Positions 17,116 to 27,243 of a stretch of DNA of 64,000 nucleotides are shown here, in pieces (the first letter of the stretch is position 1; each line of letters starts with the position of its first letter). The translations under genes were made by a program, and so were the position numbers. This DNA is from Bradymonadia bacterium. Its GTDB lineage: Bacteria; Myxococcota_A; Bradymonadia; UBA7976; UBA1532. The notes under the pieces were generated by a model, which was not told the origin of the DNA, did not search any database, and saw only the letters and a list, made by a program, of their open reading frames with translations. The stretch covers positions 64,001 through 128,000 of the forward strand of contig JBKAGE010000038.1 in NCBI GenBank assembly GCA_046290225.1. Reading direction: 5' to 3'.

Positions 17116-18237
17116 ATGGAAAGCGCTTTGTTGAACACCAGAGCCCGACTCGAGCAGATGTGCCGCCCCGCAGGTGGCGGGATTCACGTGGTCTCCACCG
17201 GGGTGACCGAGCAGCGGGCCCTGCAGAAGGCCCTCTATCACGTCGACACCGATGACGCTGTAGAAAGCGGCTGGCGTGCGGCTCTCGATGGGCTCGGCGA
17301 GGCCAGGGTGGTGGTGCTGGGGGTGCCCTCCGACAACGGCGCCGGCTTCACCCGGGGGGCCAACAAGGCCCCTGAGGAGATCCGCCGACACCTGCTCTCA
17401 CAGACCGGACACCCGTACCACCATGCAGGGGTCCTCGATGTGGGAGACGTACGGGTGGTGCCTCATCTCTTGAGCGAAGAGATGCTCCACGACACACAGA
17501 TCTCCGCCTGTCGCCTCGCCCTCTACGGCGAGAAAGACGCCCGGATGCCCGTAAGCCCACTCGATCTGTGCGCCAGCGCGCTGGACGCCCTCGCCGAGCT
17601 GGCCCCTCAGGCGGTGCCCGTGGTCATCGGCGGGGATCACAGCATCGGCTGGCCCGCCTTTCACCACGCGTGGCGCCGACACGAGCAGCAGGGCGGCCGG
17701 CGGCTGGCGCTGTTGCACTTCGACGCCCACACCGACTTGATGCCCCACCGCCTCGGTGTGAAGTACTGCTTCGCCACCTGGGCATGGCACGCCAATGAGC
17801 TGCTGGGCCGCGATACCCGGCTGGTCCAGCTCGGCATCAGGGCCAGCGGCAAGAGCAAGCACCACTGGGAGTCCACTCTGGGCGTCTGGCAGCTGTGGGC
17901 CGATGAGTGCAACGCCACAGATCCCGAAGTGCTCGGCAAACAGATCGCCGAGCACTATGCCCAGCTGGGCTGCGACGGGCTGTACGTGAGCAACGACATC
18001 GACGGCACTGATCCTCAGTGGGCTTCCGCCACAGGCACCCCGGAGCCCGGCGGTTTGAGGCCTGAGTGGGTCTCCGCCCTCACTCGACGCGTGGCGCAAG
18101 ACCTGCCCCTTGTGGGGGGTGATCTCGTAGAGGTGGCGCCCCCCCTCGCCCACGAGCGCCCTGAAGAGCCCGAGATCACCTTGCAGACCGCAGGGCAGTA
18201 CCTCGGCGATCTGATCGATCTGGCCCTACGCAAGTGA
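17116..18237 (+). CDS. speB: Arginase/agmatinase family ureohydrolase
   Basis: GGDHS, HFDAHTD, DIDGTDP, TGTPEPGG, DLVEVAP motifs; substrate is inferred. Confidence 0.8.
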   Translation: MESALLNTRARLEQMCRPAGGGIHVVSTGVTEQRALQKALYHVDTDDAVESGWRAALDGLGEARVVVLGVPSDNGAGFTRGANKAPEEIRRHLLSQTGHPYHHAGVLDVGDVRVVPHLLSEEMLHDTQISACRLALYGEKDARMPVSPLDLCASALDALAELAPQAVPVVIGGDHSIGWPAFHHAWRRHEQQGGRRLALLHFDAHTDLMPHRLGVKYCFATWAWHANELLGRDTRLVQLGIRASGKSKHHWESTLGVWQLWADECNATDPEVLGKQIAEHYAQLGCDGLYVSNDIDGTDPQWASATGTPEPGGLRPEWVSALTRRVAQDLPLVGGDLVEVAPPLAHERPEEPEITLQTAGQYLGDLIDLALRK

Positions 18238-18332
18238 CTTAAAGCTCACGGCCAACTTGAGACGACCCGAGGCGCTCAATATCCTGTGGGCGTTCTCAGC
18301 CCACGCTGCCCTACATTCCACGAGGATCACCC

Positions 18333-20264
18333 ATGACACGAGTGTCGACCCCGCTCTACCTGGTCGCCGCGCTGACCGCTTTCTCTGCATGCGACGACGG
18401 CGCCACGACAGATCTGGAGAGTCAGACCCCGGAGAACGAGCAGCAAGGTGAGGCCCCCGATGCCGAGGTGGCCCCGCCGCCCACGTGGTGCGAGGGCTCG
18501 GTGAAGTTCGAGTACGACCCCTTCGCCGCCAACCACGCCCAGGCGGCCTTCCCCGATGACGCCTACACCATCGAAGGTGAGACGACCACCGGCCGGGTCG
18601 TGAGCATCGAGGACGACAACGCACCGTGGCTCGCCGACATTCCGGGGAACTACAACGAGGTCTACCGGGAGCTCAACGGCCTGGACGGCTTCGGCACATC
18701 GGCGGCGCCCTTCATCCGGTTGTCCGGCGGCGTGGTGAACGTCGCCAGTGGCGACGAGATCGAGGGCCTGATGTTGCTCGATCTCGGCGGCCCCACCGCC
18801 GTCGAGGTGCCCTACAGCCTCGAGGTGGCCGACGACGGGGCCAGCCTGCTGCTCTGGCCCAAGGTTTCGATGCGTCAGAGCACGCTCCACGCTGTGGTGA
18901 TGACCAACGCCGTCACCGACGCCGACGGTGGTTGCGTCGCCCCCTCAGTGCAGCTGCGCGATCTGCTCACCGGCAGCGCAGAGGGCAAGCTCGACGCCCT
19001 CGGCGCCAATTATGCCGCCCTCATGGAGAAGTCTGCGCTCCAGCCCGGTGAGGTCAGCGCCGCAGTCACCTTCACCACTCAAACGATCACTGCAGTCTCG
19101 GAAGCCATCGCCGCAGACATCAAAGGCCGTGACGCTGGCTGGTCTGGCCCCGCTCAGTGCCGCCGAGACGGTCAGAACACCCGCTGCGATCGCACCTTCA
19201 AGGCCTGGGACTACCGCGGTGAGGACGGCCTCATCGAGAAGCCCGAGGGCCAGACTGAGTACGACTTGATCGCCGCCACCTGGCTTCCCCGTCAGGGCAG
19301 CGGCCCCTGGCCTGTGCTCATCATGGGCCACGGTCTGGGCTCGAGCCGGGATCAGGCGGCCATCCTCGGGGCCTTCGCCGACGACTATCAGGTGGCCGTG
19401 GTGGCCATCGACGCCGTGGAGCATGGTGCTCACCCCGCCCGCAAGAGCAACGATCCCACCATCTCGCTCACCAATTTCTTCGGCATCTACCTCAGCCGTC
19501 AGGTGATCCGCGCTCGTCAGCTGCGGGACAACTTCCGTCAGTCCTCTTTCGACAAGCTGCAACTCATCGAGACCCTCATCTCCGATCCAGACGTCGACGA
19601 CGACGGCGAGATCGATCTCGACGTGAGCCGCATCGGCTACTTCGGCGTGAGCCTCGGCGGGATCCTCGGCAACGAGCCCCTCGCCCTGAGCGACGACTTC
19701 GAGGTGGCCATCTTGTCCATGGCCGGCGGCCGCATGGTGGCTTCGATCCGCGACAGCGCCACCTTTGGCCCCCTGATCTCGCTGATGATCCCGCGCCAGG
19801 CCACCGCAGGTGACGAAGCCCGACTATTCCCTGTCATTCAGGCTGTGACCGATGCAGGCGACGGAGCCAACTACGCCCCCTACCTGTTACGTGATCGCCT
19901 GCAGGGCGACGACGCGCGTATCCCCCACACCCTGTTCATGGTGGCCGTGGGCGACCAGGTGGTGCCCAACAGCGCCAGCCACATCCTCGCCCAGGCCATG
20001 GGGATCCCCCACATGACCCCGGTGAAGGTGGCCTTGCCTCTGCTCGAGGTGATCGACGCCGACAAGATCTCCGCCAATATGCCCGGCGAGATCACCGCAG
20101 GACTGTTTCAGTTTGACAAGATCACCCCTGCTGGCAGAAACAGCCTGGAGATCGTCGAGCACGAGACCTTGCCCACGAGCGACGAGGCCCTCGAGCAGCT
20201 CGGCCACTTTGTGCGCACCTGGGTGAATGATGGACAGCCTGAGATCATCAACCCCTGGCGCTGA
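18333..20264 (+). CDS. Lipoprotein alpha/beta hydrolase (extracellular lipase-like)
   Basis: AFSAC lipobox; LDGFGT, HGLGS, IDAVEHG, GVSLG nucleophile, GDQVVPN. Confidence 0.8.
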   Translation: MTRVSTPLYLVAALTAFSACDDGATTDLESQTPENEQQGEAPDAEVAPPPTWCEGSVKFEYDPFAANHAQAAFPDDAYTIEGETTTGRVVSIEDDNAPWLADIPGNYNEVYRELNGLDGFGTSAAPFIRLSGGVVNVASGDEIEGLMLLDLGGPTAVEVPYSLEVADDGASLLLWPKVSMRQSTLHAVVMTNAVTDADGGCVAPSVQLRDLLTGSAEGKLDALGANYAALMEKSALQPGEVSAAVTFTTQTITAVSEAIAADIKGRDAGWSGPAQCRRDGQNTRCDRTFKAWDYRGEDGLIEKPEGQTEYDLIAATWLPRQGSGPWPVLIMGHGLGSSRDQAAILGAFADDYQVAVVAIDAVEHGAHPARKSNDPTISLTNFFGIYLSRQVIRARQLRDNFRQSSFDKLQLIETLISDPDVDDDGEIDLDVSRIGYFGVSLGGILGNEPLALSDDFEVAILSMAGGRMVASIRDSATFGPLISLMIPRQATAGDEARLFPVIQAVTDAGDGANYAPYLLRDRLQGDDARIPHTLFMVAVGDQVVPNSASHILAQAMGIPHMTPVKVALPLLEVIDADKISANMPGEITAGLFQFDKITPAGRNSLEIVEHETLPTSDEALEQLGHFVRTWVNDGQPEIINPWR

Positions 20265-20288
20265 ACCAGAGGTGATCTCACCAAAGGC

Positions 20289-20954
20289 ATGACCATGGGC
20301 TCTCCGATCTCCACCGCCCTGCTCCTGAGCGCCGCGATGCTCTGGAGCGGCGCCGCGCTCTCAGCCCCCAAGAAGGGCACCCCCACCCCGAGTACACAGC
20401 AGTCTGCCGAAACACAGGCGGTGCTGCAGGGCATCGCCGACGTGGTGAACCAGGCCACGCAAGTCGATGGTGATCGGCGCTGCAAGAGCACGACGATGTC
20501 CGCGGCCTGCGAGTTCGTCTACAACACCCAGTGTCAGATCGTACGCCCCGACGTGCCCAAAGGCGCGGGCTACATGTACGAAGTGATCCTGCCTCTGGGG
20601 AAGCTGAAGCTCTCTGGCATGAAGTACGGCAAGCATGTCGGCGGCTGGCCCGAGCACCACGGTCTGCGGTTGCCCACGGAGAGCGAGGACATCACGGTCG
20701 TCATCGAAGGCAACCCCCCTCAGCGGAACAAGCTGGTGCAGCTGGCCCTGGGCACGGATCAGGCGAGCCGCGCCGGGGCCCTCAAGATGCTGGCCCTGCT
20801 CAAGAAAGCCCGCGTGGCCTGCGGTGGCCCGGTCATCGAGGCGAAGAAGACGCCGGCACAACCCCTCGGCGCCGGCATCCTGGCGCCTCAGGTCAGGCCC
20901 GCCCCCCTCAAAGGCTCGCCCGTCAAGGGCCCAGCCCCTTCAAAACAGAAGTAA
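20289..20954 (+). CDS. Hypothetical secreted protein
   Basis: Sec signal ending ALS-A; basic Pro-rich tail. Confidence 0.65.
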   Translation: MTMGSPISTALLLSAAMLWSGAALSAPKKGTPTPSTQQSAETQAVLQGIADVVNQATQVDGDRRCKSTTMSAACEFVYNTQCQIVRPDVPKGAGYMYEVILPLGKLKLSGMKYGKHVGGWPEHHGLRLPTESEDITVVIEGNPPQRNKLVQLALGTDQASRAGALKMLALLKKARVACGGPVIEAKKTPAQPLGAGILAPQVRPAPLKGSPVKGPAPSKQK

Positions 20955-23073
20955 ATCGCCCATCTCTCGGGAAGCGCACACGGCCCTCGTGGGCCGCAGC
21001 GCGGGCCTGCTCAATCTGCCCTGACTTCTTGTGGGCCAGCGCTGAGAGCAGGTACACCTCCGGCCGCGCCGCCCCGCCCATGGCCTGATAGCGCGCCACA
21101 CTCGTCAGTGCAGCTTTGGGCGAAGCGTCGATCTCCAACTGAGCCTTGAGCAACCACAGTGGGGCGAAGTCTTTCGTCTGCTCAAGAGCAAGACTCACTG
21201 TTGCACTTGCCGCCTCACGATCTCCGTTGAACAGCTGCTGAGCGGCGAGGTTGTACCGCAGGCCGCCGTTGCTGGGGTCAAGGGTCAGGGCCCGTTTCAG
21301 CCATTCGAACGCCGCACCCTTGTCACCCAGAGCCATGAGATTGACCCCCCGGTTGCTGGCGATCACCCCATCTGCCGGGCGCAGAGTCAGAGCCTTGGCA
21401 TATGCCTGCTCTGCCTCCGCATGGCGACCCGTGCGCTGCAACAGGTTGGCGAGGTTCGACCAGGCATGGGGTGCCGGCAGCGGTGCATCGATGAGCGCTC
21501 TGAGAGCCCGCTCCGCCCGCGGTAGATCGCCCTGGGCGATGAGGTGCTCGGCACGGCCCAACGCCCAGGTATGGGGTGCCGAGTCACCTGCGAGGCGCAA
21601 CGCCTCGTCCCAAGCCTGCAACGCACCCGCGCCATCTCCCACGCTCGCCCTCAAGGGCGCCACCACCGCCCGGAGCTCCGCCCGACGAGGCTGCTCAGAG
21701 AATGCTTTGGGCGCCAGCGCCAGAGCGGCATCACGGTGCTCGGCAGAGGCGTTGGCGCGCCACAACTCGACGTGAGCCAAGAGCCGGCTCGCCGCAGAGG
21801 GGCCTGCGGCGGGACTCACCACCGCTCGCAGCCCTTCTCTTCGTGGTCGCGCTGGTGTCGATGCATCAGGGCGACGGCGAATGTAGTGATCGGTGAACTG
21901 CACGTGGGGGATGTCCACGGTGGGCCCCTTGGGCAGGTGACAGCCCGCGCAAGACCCCTCCGCAGCATGCTGCTCACCGCAGTCTTGCGGTGTGTGACAC
22001 CCAAGACAGGCTGCGCGTGCTGCCTTGGGTGAGGCCCTGCGGTGAGGATCGTGACAGGTCGTACACACCAACGGGCGCTCGCCCTGAGCGCATTTGCTCA
22101 TCGCCAGCCGCTCCCCGTGACCAGCGATGCCGAATTCTGCCCCCCCTGAGCGCGCCTCGTCGATGAAGAGGGTCATGTACTCGCCGAGTGGCGTGCGCGG
22201 ATCATAGACATCCCACCGGGCCCCAGCAGCGAGCACTCGGGCACTGCCCTGAAGGTGGCACTGCGCGCACAGCTGAAGCTGACGGTCGGGTGTCAGGTGT
22301 CGGGGGTTGAAGATGTTCGGATCTGGTTGACCGTCTGGGGGGCTCTCACCGGCGTTGCGTTGCCGTACGTGGGCGCTGCCATCCCCGTGGCAACGGCTGC
22401 AGCTGATGCCTTCTGCCAGTGGAGCGGTGTACCCCGCCAGGGTACGATCGTCGCTGGGGGTGAAGGCGTTGTGGCAGAAGAGACAGTCAGCCTTCACGGG
22501 TCGATCGAACCTGAAGTTCTTCTCTGCTCGATACCCAGGGCTCATATCCCATGTCTGGCTCCGCACGTACCACGTGAGGGGCAGCTGCACGACCTGACCG
22601 TTCATCTCACCGAGGTAGGATCGCGTGTGGTTGCCGGAGCCGATGACGTGGCGGACTTGCACCCGCTGGATCTCTTCGGCCTGCCCCGAGGGGCCAGGGC
22701 CATATTCTACTTGCCACCACCGGCCCTCTTCATCGATGAGGGCGCGGTAGCTCAGGCCACTCTGATGCCGGACAGTGGCAGCGCCAGGCTCGAAGTTCTC
22801 GATGGCCCTGACCATCTCTGGCCGGTACAGAGACCGCCCCATTCCGGTTTTAGCAAAAGACTCAAACAGTTCTGGGTGACACTCCTCACACACATCGTCT
22901 CTCACTGAGATCGATTCAGTGGGAGACGTCAGAGACTCTGGCAGGTGGGACGGTGCTGCATCAGGTGGCGCAGTCGAGGGTGCAGATACACTGGGCTGCT
23001 CTCGACACCCCCACAGGATGCAGGAGAGGATCAGCAGGCACTTGGAGGCCTTCTCAATCCCCCACGCAGTCAT
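20923..23073 (-). CDS. Multiheme c-type cytochrome (7 CxxCH) fused to TPR repeats
   Basis: CEECH, CLFCH, CSRCH, CAQCH, CTTCH, CLGCH, CAGCH; IGSG..RSYL and FTDH motifs; C-terminal TPRs; ILWGC possible lipobox. Confidence 0.88.
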   Translation of the reverse strand: MTAWGIEKASKCLLILSCILWGCREQPSVSAPSTAPPDAAPSHLPESLTSPTESISVRDDVCEECHPELFESFAKTGMGRSLYRPEMVRAIENFEPGAATVRHQSGLSYRALIDEEGRWWQVEYGPGPSGQAEEIQRVQVRHVIGSGNHTRSYLGEMNGQVVQLPLTWYVRSQTWDMSPGYRAEKNFRFDRPVKADCLFCHNAFTPSDDRTLAGYTAPLAEGISCSRCHGDGSAHVRQRNAGESPPDGQPDPNIFNPRHLTPDRQLQLCAQCHLQGSARVLAAGARWDVYDPRTPLGEYMTLFIDEARSGGAEFGIAGHGERLAMSKCAQGERPLVCTTCHDPHRRASPKAARAACLGCHTPQDCGEQHAAEGSCAGCHLPKGPTVDIPHVQFTDHYIRRRPDASTPARPRREGLRAVVSPAAGPSAASRLLAHVELWRANASAEHRDAALALAPKAFSEQPRRAELRAVVAPLRASVGDGAGALQAWDEALRLAGDSAPHTWALGRAEHLIAQGDLPRAERALRALIDAPLPAPHAWSNLANLLQRTGRHAEAEQAYAKALTLRPADGVIASNRGVNLMALGDKGAAFEWLKRALTLDPSNGGLRYNLAAQQLFNGDREAASATVSLALEQTKDFAPLWLLKAQLEIDASPKAALTSVARYQAMGGAARPEVYLLSALAHKKSGQIEQARAAAHEGRVRFPRDGRFTSVLKGLGP

Positions 23074-24547
23074 AATGCGTGTGTACATCAAACCGTTGAG
23101 CTACCCGTGCTTGTTCAATGGTCGAGTTGCCAATGCGCCTCATCTCTCGCCCATACTCATCGTAAATGTAGTGCGTGTGGTTGTAGAAGGTCCCCGTCGA
23201 GTCGGTCCACCACCATTTCTCATTCAGCCGGCCGTCGGCGTCATAGATGAACTTCTGAGCGCGACTCAACTCGACGTCTCCAGGAAAGAGCCGCCATTGT
23301 TCAAGCAGACGCCATTCAGCGTCGTAGCGCCACCGTTGGCGCACGCGCATCGGGCGTTCCTCTGACTCGAAGTCCCGATATCCGACCTCCAGGGGGCGCC
23401 CCCCTTCAGTGTCGATGTAGTAGCTCTCTTTCTGGTGAATCAGCGCACCGTCGAGCCAGTGGTTGTCAGCGGTCCACTGAGCCGGCTCGCCTGATGGTGA
23501 AGGCGCGGTCCAGGTCTCTTCGAGACGTTCCCATTGCCCATCGTTGCCTTCATCGGTGACGACGCGCCAGCGGCCTTCGGGGGTGGTCCATTCCATCCGT
23601 ACATCCACCGCTCGGGTGACGAGATCGCGGGTGAAGTACACATGACCACCCGACATCACCTCTCGCCAGCGACGCTCTTCGAAGATACCGTCTCCATCAG
23701 CATCAACGCGGGCCTCCACCTCGCCCACCTCGTCGCTGAGCACCTCCGTGTACCGCTCCAGGACGTCGTTGAAGTACCACTGCTCGATCAACCACCCATC
23801 ACGTCGCGTATAGGTACGTCGCCGAGCCCACCCGGCCAGGTGATTGAAGACAACACGCTCGCTCAGCGCCCCTTCATCATCGTAGGTCCAGATCTTCTCG
23901 TCGGTGATCAGGTTGGGGTTCCGATGTTGCTCGTAGACGAGAAACCCCGCCTCATTGAACTCGAACACCTGCACCTCGACCATGAACCCGCCCTCTGGAT
24001 GCCCGGGATCTCTGAAGTGACGGCTGTATCGGACGAGCTTGTCCTCATCGTACGTCCACTCTTCGAACATGCCCTTGTCCCAGGCCTCTCCACGGGTGTG
24101 CTCTGCGAACAAGACGACTCGGCCCTGGGCATCGTAGCGCTCTGTGGATCGAGGCGCGCCGCTCGGATGACTCGACTTCACCTGCACCAGGGTGTCGCCC
24201 ACATAAGTCAAACTCCGTCGCTCCACGAGCGCGCCGCCGACCTCGTCGAACTCCACCTCTTCACAGGGATACATCGACACTGCATCTTCGGGGGTTGGCG
24301 CGATCTCGGGCTCGTCCTCGACCCTGGGCCCTGCCTCTCCAGACACTGGTGTCTCTTCAATGACGCCGTCGCCTGTCTCGGGGGCTGGGTCCATCTCGGG
24401 TACCCGCTCAGCGTCTGGCGATGGCGAGGTGGGTGTGTCGGAGGCCTCTGCTCCAGGGCGTTCAACTGTGTCTTCAGGGATGCTGGGGCGCTCGACGCAT
24501 CCAGCCAGCAGCATCATCACGCACATCAACTTCTGCACACGCATCAT
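23054..24547 (-). CDS. YD-repeat-like lipoprotein
   Basis: LLAGC lipobox, GGAGG RBS; YDAQGR, YDDEG, YDAEWR, YDADGR, YDEYGR repeats. Confidence 0.75.
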   Translation of the reverse strand: MMRVQKLMCVMMLLAGCVERPSIPEDTVERPGAEASDTPTSPSPDAERVPEMDPAPETGDGVIEETPVSGEAGPRVEDEPEIAPTPEDAVSMYPCEEVEFDEVGGALVERRSLTYVGDTLVQVKSSHPSGAPRSTERYDAQGRVVLFAEHTRGEAWDKGMFEEWTYDEDKLVRYSRHFRDPGHPEGGFMVEVQVFEFNEAGFLVYEQHRNPNLITDEKIWTYDDEGALSERVVFNHLAGWARRRTYTRRDGWLIEQWYFNDVLERYTEVLSDEVGEVEARVDADGDGIFEERRWREVMSGGHVYFTRDLVTRAVDVRMEWTTPEGRWRVVTDEGNDGQWERLEETWTAPSPSGEPAQWTADNHWLDGALIHQKESYYIDTEGGRPLEVGYRDFESEERPMRVRQRWRYDAEWRLLEQWRLFPGDVELSRAQKFIYDADGRLNEKWWWTDSTGTFYNHTHYIYDEYGREMRRIGNSTIEQARVAQRFDVHTHYDCVGD

Positions 24548-24675
24548 TTGGCCTCCTGGGTGTTTTGATGCGCTCACCCTCCCCCCCACGATGTCTGTAA
24601 GGCGACTTAGCTTGACTTACATTCTGGGTTTAAGACTCTCTGTTCCTCGACGCCCCGTCTGAGGATCTCGCCCCC

Positions 24676-27150
24676 ATGCCCCGCCTCACAGGCCGCGAAG
24701 CTGATCTCGAACGCCTGCTCGCTCACCTTCAGCCTGCGGGCACGTGGCTCACCCTCATGGGCCCGCCCGGAGTGGGCAAGACCACCCTCGCTCAGGCTCT
24801 GGGAGAGCGCCGGCCCCACCATTGGCTCGACGGGAGACGATGCGAAGATCTGGCCCAGCTCTGCAAACAGATGACGGCAGCGCTCGGCACGTTGGGGCAC
24901 GAGGAGCACCCCCTGCTCATCGTGGACGACGTCACCCATCTCGCCTCTGAGATGCACACCGCACCGGGCCCACTGGGATCTCTCGTCGCCCATGGCCGAG
25001 TGCTGGTCACCAGCGAGATCCGGCTGCAGCTCCCCGGGGAGCACATCTACGAGCTCTCTCCTCTGAGCATCGCGGGTGACGATCCTTCAGGGCGCGCCCT
25101 CTTCGTCACCTGTGCAGCGCACTGCCTCGGGCAGTTCTCACCTGACGCAGGGCAAGTCGAGCACATCGATGCCATTGTCAGCCATCTCGATGGCCTGCCC
25201 CTGGCCATCGAGCGTGGGGCTGCCCGTATGCGGCTCATGGCTCCACAGGCCCTGAGCGCCATCGTCGACCCCCACAGGCATGGCGGGCGCAAGGGGCTGA
25301 TCGATGATGTCCTTCTCGAGCTTTGGGGGCACCTCACCGAGGCCGATCATGCCCACCTCACAGCCCTCTCGGCCTTCGACGGGTCGTTCCACGCCGAGGC
25401 GGGCGCTGCACTCCTCGAAGCCCTCGGCTGCGCTGACGGCTACGACGCGCTGCAACGGCTGCGGGACCACTCCATGCTCGACCTCCAGCATCAGGCAGCA
25501 CAGGCGACTCTGGTGATGTTGCACGTGATCCGGGGCTTCGTCCGACGAACGGGCCCTCGCGAGATGTTGCAGCGAGCCCGTACAGCCCGGGCCCGTACGA
25601 TCATCGGGGCGTCTTCTGCGACACCTGATCTGCAGCGGGCGGTGCAGTGGGCCATCGATGCCGGCAATCTGATCCTCGCCGCTCAGGGCCTTCTCGCCTT
25701 GGAGTCCGAGATCGTTGCTCGGGGCATCTCCACGCTGGAGCTCGAACACATGGCGCAGTGCGTTGATGCGGGCGCGCTGCCTCCGGAGCTCGAAGCCGGA
25801 CTGCTCCGAGCTCGAGGCAACGCTTTACGGTGCCGAGGTGATCTCGAAGCAGCCGTAGAGTCGCTGACACGGGCTGTTGAGACGGCGCCCGAAGCGAGCA
25901 CGGTGATGGCCCGGGCCCGGCTCGAGCTGGGCATCGCCTTACACGAGTCAGGCGATCTCGAGGGGGCTGCCCAATGTTATGACGAGGCCCGCCAGCGCTT
26001 CGAGCGGTTCAATGAGCTGCAGGCAGTGGGGCAGGTCCTCGGCTCCATCGCCGTGCTGGCCCACGAGCGCGGGGAGATCGAAGAAGCCGAAGAGGCCTAC
26101 GAGCGCGCTTTGGCGCTGTTTCGCCGTGCCCGTGATCCACGCTCCGAGGCGGCCTTCTTGATCAACCTCGGCGACCTGCACAAAGAACTGGGTCGCTCTG
26201 CGGCGGCGCGCCGCCACTTCGAGGATGCACAGGTCATCGCCCATCGACACGGCGAGGCCCGCATCGCCGCTGTAGCACTGGGCAACCTCGGCGGGGTCTC
26301 TCAAGAGCTGGGGCTCTTCGACGAGGCCCTCGCCGCCCGGGAGGCGGCTGCCCGGGCTCTTGAGGCCGTGGGTGACGAGCGCCTGGCCACCATTTTCCAG
26401 GGATATGCCGGCGCAGTGCACCACCAGCGGGGCGCCCTCACCGAAGCCATGGCCACCTATCACCACGTGATGCCCACACTGCAGAAGGCAGGGGATCAAC
26501 GCTTTGGTGCCATCTTCTCGATGTACCTGGGCGCCGCCGCTGCGGCCCGGGGCGACGTCAAGGGGGCCCGCGAGGCCTTCCGCAGCGCCGCCGACGCCCT
26601 TTCCGTGCTGGAAGATCCCACGCTGCATCACGCTCTGCGCCTGCATCGTCTCCACCTGGGCGCCCTGGAGACCCCAAAGGGCCGTGAAGAAGCCCGTCGC
26701 TGGCTGAGCGCTCACCCCTTCGACGGGCACTCTGACGAGATCAGGTTCGCCCTGACGTTGCTTCAGTTGAGGCTCACCGAGGCTCAGAGCGCCCCCCAGA
26801 CTCTGGAGGCACCCGCCCTGATCATCCACCGCGGCGGCAACTGGCTTCAGAAGCCAGATGGCGAGGTTGTGGATCTCAGGCGCCGCAAGGCCATGCGCCT
26901 GATGCTCGCAGCCCTCGTAGATCAGAGCGCCCGCGATCGAGAGGCGGGCCTCGACGTCTATGATCTGTTCGAGGCCGGCTGGCCCGGCGAGAAGGCGACC
27001 CCCGAGGCCGCCACGAACCGCGTCTATGTGAACATCACCGCGTTGCGCAAATTGGGCCTGAGAGGTGTGCTGGTCCACCACGACAATGGATACTTGCTCG
27101 ACCCCACGCTCTCCATCGCGTGGTCCGAGGCTGCGACCCCCCCTGGCTGA
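24676..27150 (+). CDS. STAND-type ATPase with TPR repeats and C-terminal winged helix (putative transcriptional regulator)
   Basis: Walker A GPPGVGKT, Walker B LLIVDD, LDGLPLAIE, TPR run, C-terminal LFEAGWPGE..NRVYVNITALRKLG..GYLLDP. Confidence 0.85.
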   Translation: MPRLTGREADLERLLAHLQPAGTWLTLMGPPGVGKTTLAQALGERRPHHWLDGRRCEDLAQLCKQMTAALGTLGHEEHPLLIVDDVTHLASEMHTAPGPLGSLVAHGRVLVTSEIRLQLPGEHIYELSPLSIAGDDPSGRALFVTCAAHCLGQFSPDAGQVEHIDAIVSHLDGLPLAIERGAARMRLMAPQALSAIVDPHRHGGRKGLIDDVLLELWGHLTEADHAHLTALSAFDGSFHAEAGAALLEALGCADGYDALQRLRDHSMLDLQHQAAQATLVMLHVIRGFVRRTGPREMLQRARTARARTIIGASSATPDLQRAVQWAIDAGNLILAAQGLLALESEIVARGISTLELEHMAQCVDAGALPPELEAGLLRARGNALRCRGDLEAAVESLTRAVETAPEASTVMARARLELGIALHESGDLEGAAQCYDEARQRFERFNELQAVGQVLGSIAVLAHERGEIEEAEEAYERALALFRRARDPRSEAAFLINLGDLHKELGRSAAARRHFEDAQVIAHRHGEARIAAVALGNLGGVSQELGLFDEALAAREAAARALEAVGDERLATIFQGYAGAVHHQRGALTEAMATYHHVMPTLQKAGDQRFGAIFSMYLGAAAAARGDVKGAREAFRSAADALSVLEDPTLHHALRLHRLHLGALETPKGREEARRWLSAHPFDGHSDEIRFALTLLQLRLTEAQSAPQTLEAPALIIHRGGNWLQKPDGEVVDLRRRKAMRLMLAALVDQSARDREAGLDVYDLFEAGWPGEKATPEAATNRVYVNITALRKLGLRGVLVHHDNGYLLDPTLSIAWSEAATPPG

Positions 27151-27243
27151 GCGGGCTGTGCGCCCTTTCTTAAGGGCCTTTAAGGTGTCTCCCTTCGGGA
27201 GGCTCCGCTACCGTGAGCCCCTCTCAAGTTCGCTGGAGCCCTC

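Noticed and set aside
23054..24547. Possible RHS polymorphic toxin
   Set aside because: No RHS core or DPxG motif, toxin tip or immunity gene; it has a lipoprotein signal
24676..27150. Possible Avs/NLR-like antiphage STAND
   Set aside because: No effector domain or defence-island context; the C-terminal winged helix fits a regulator
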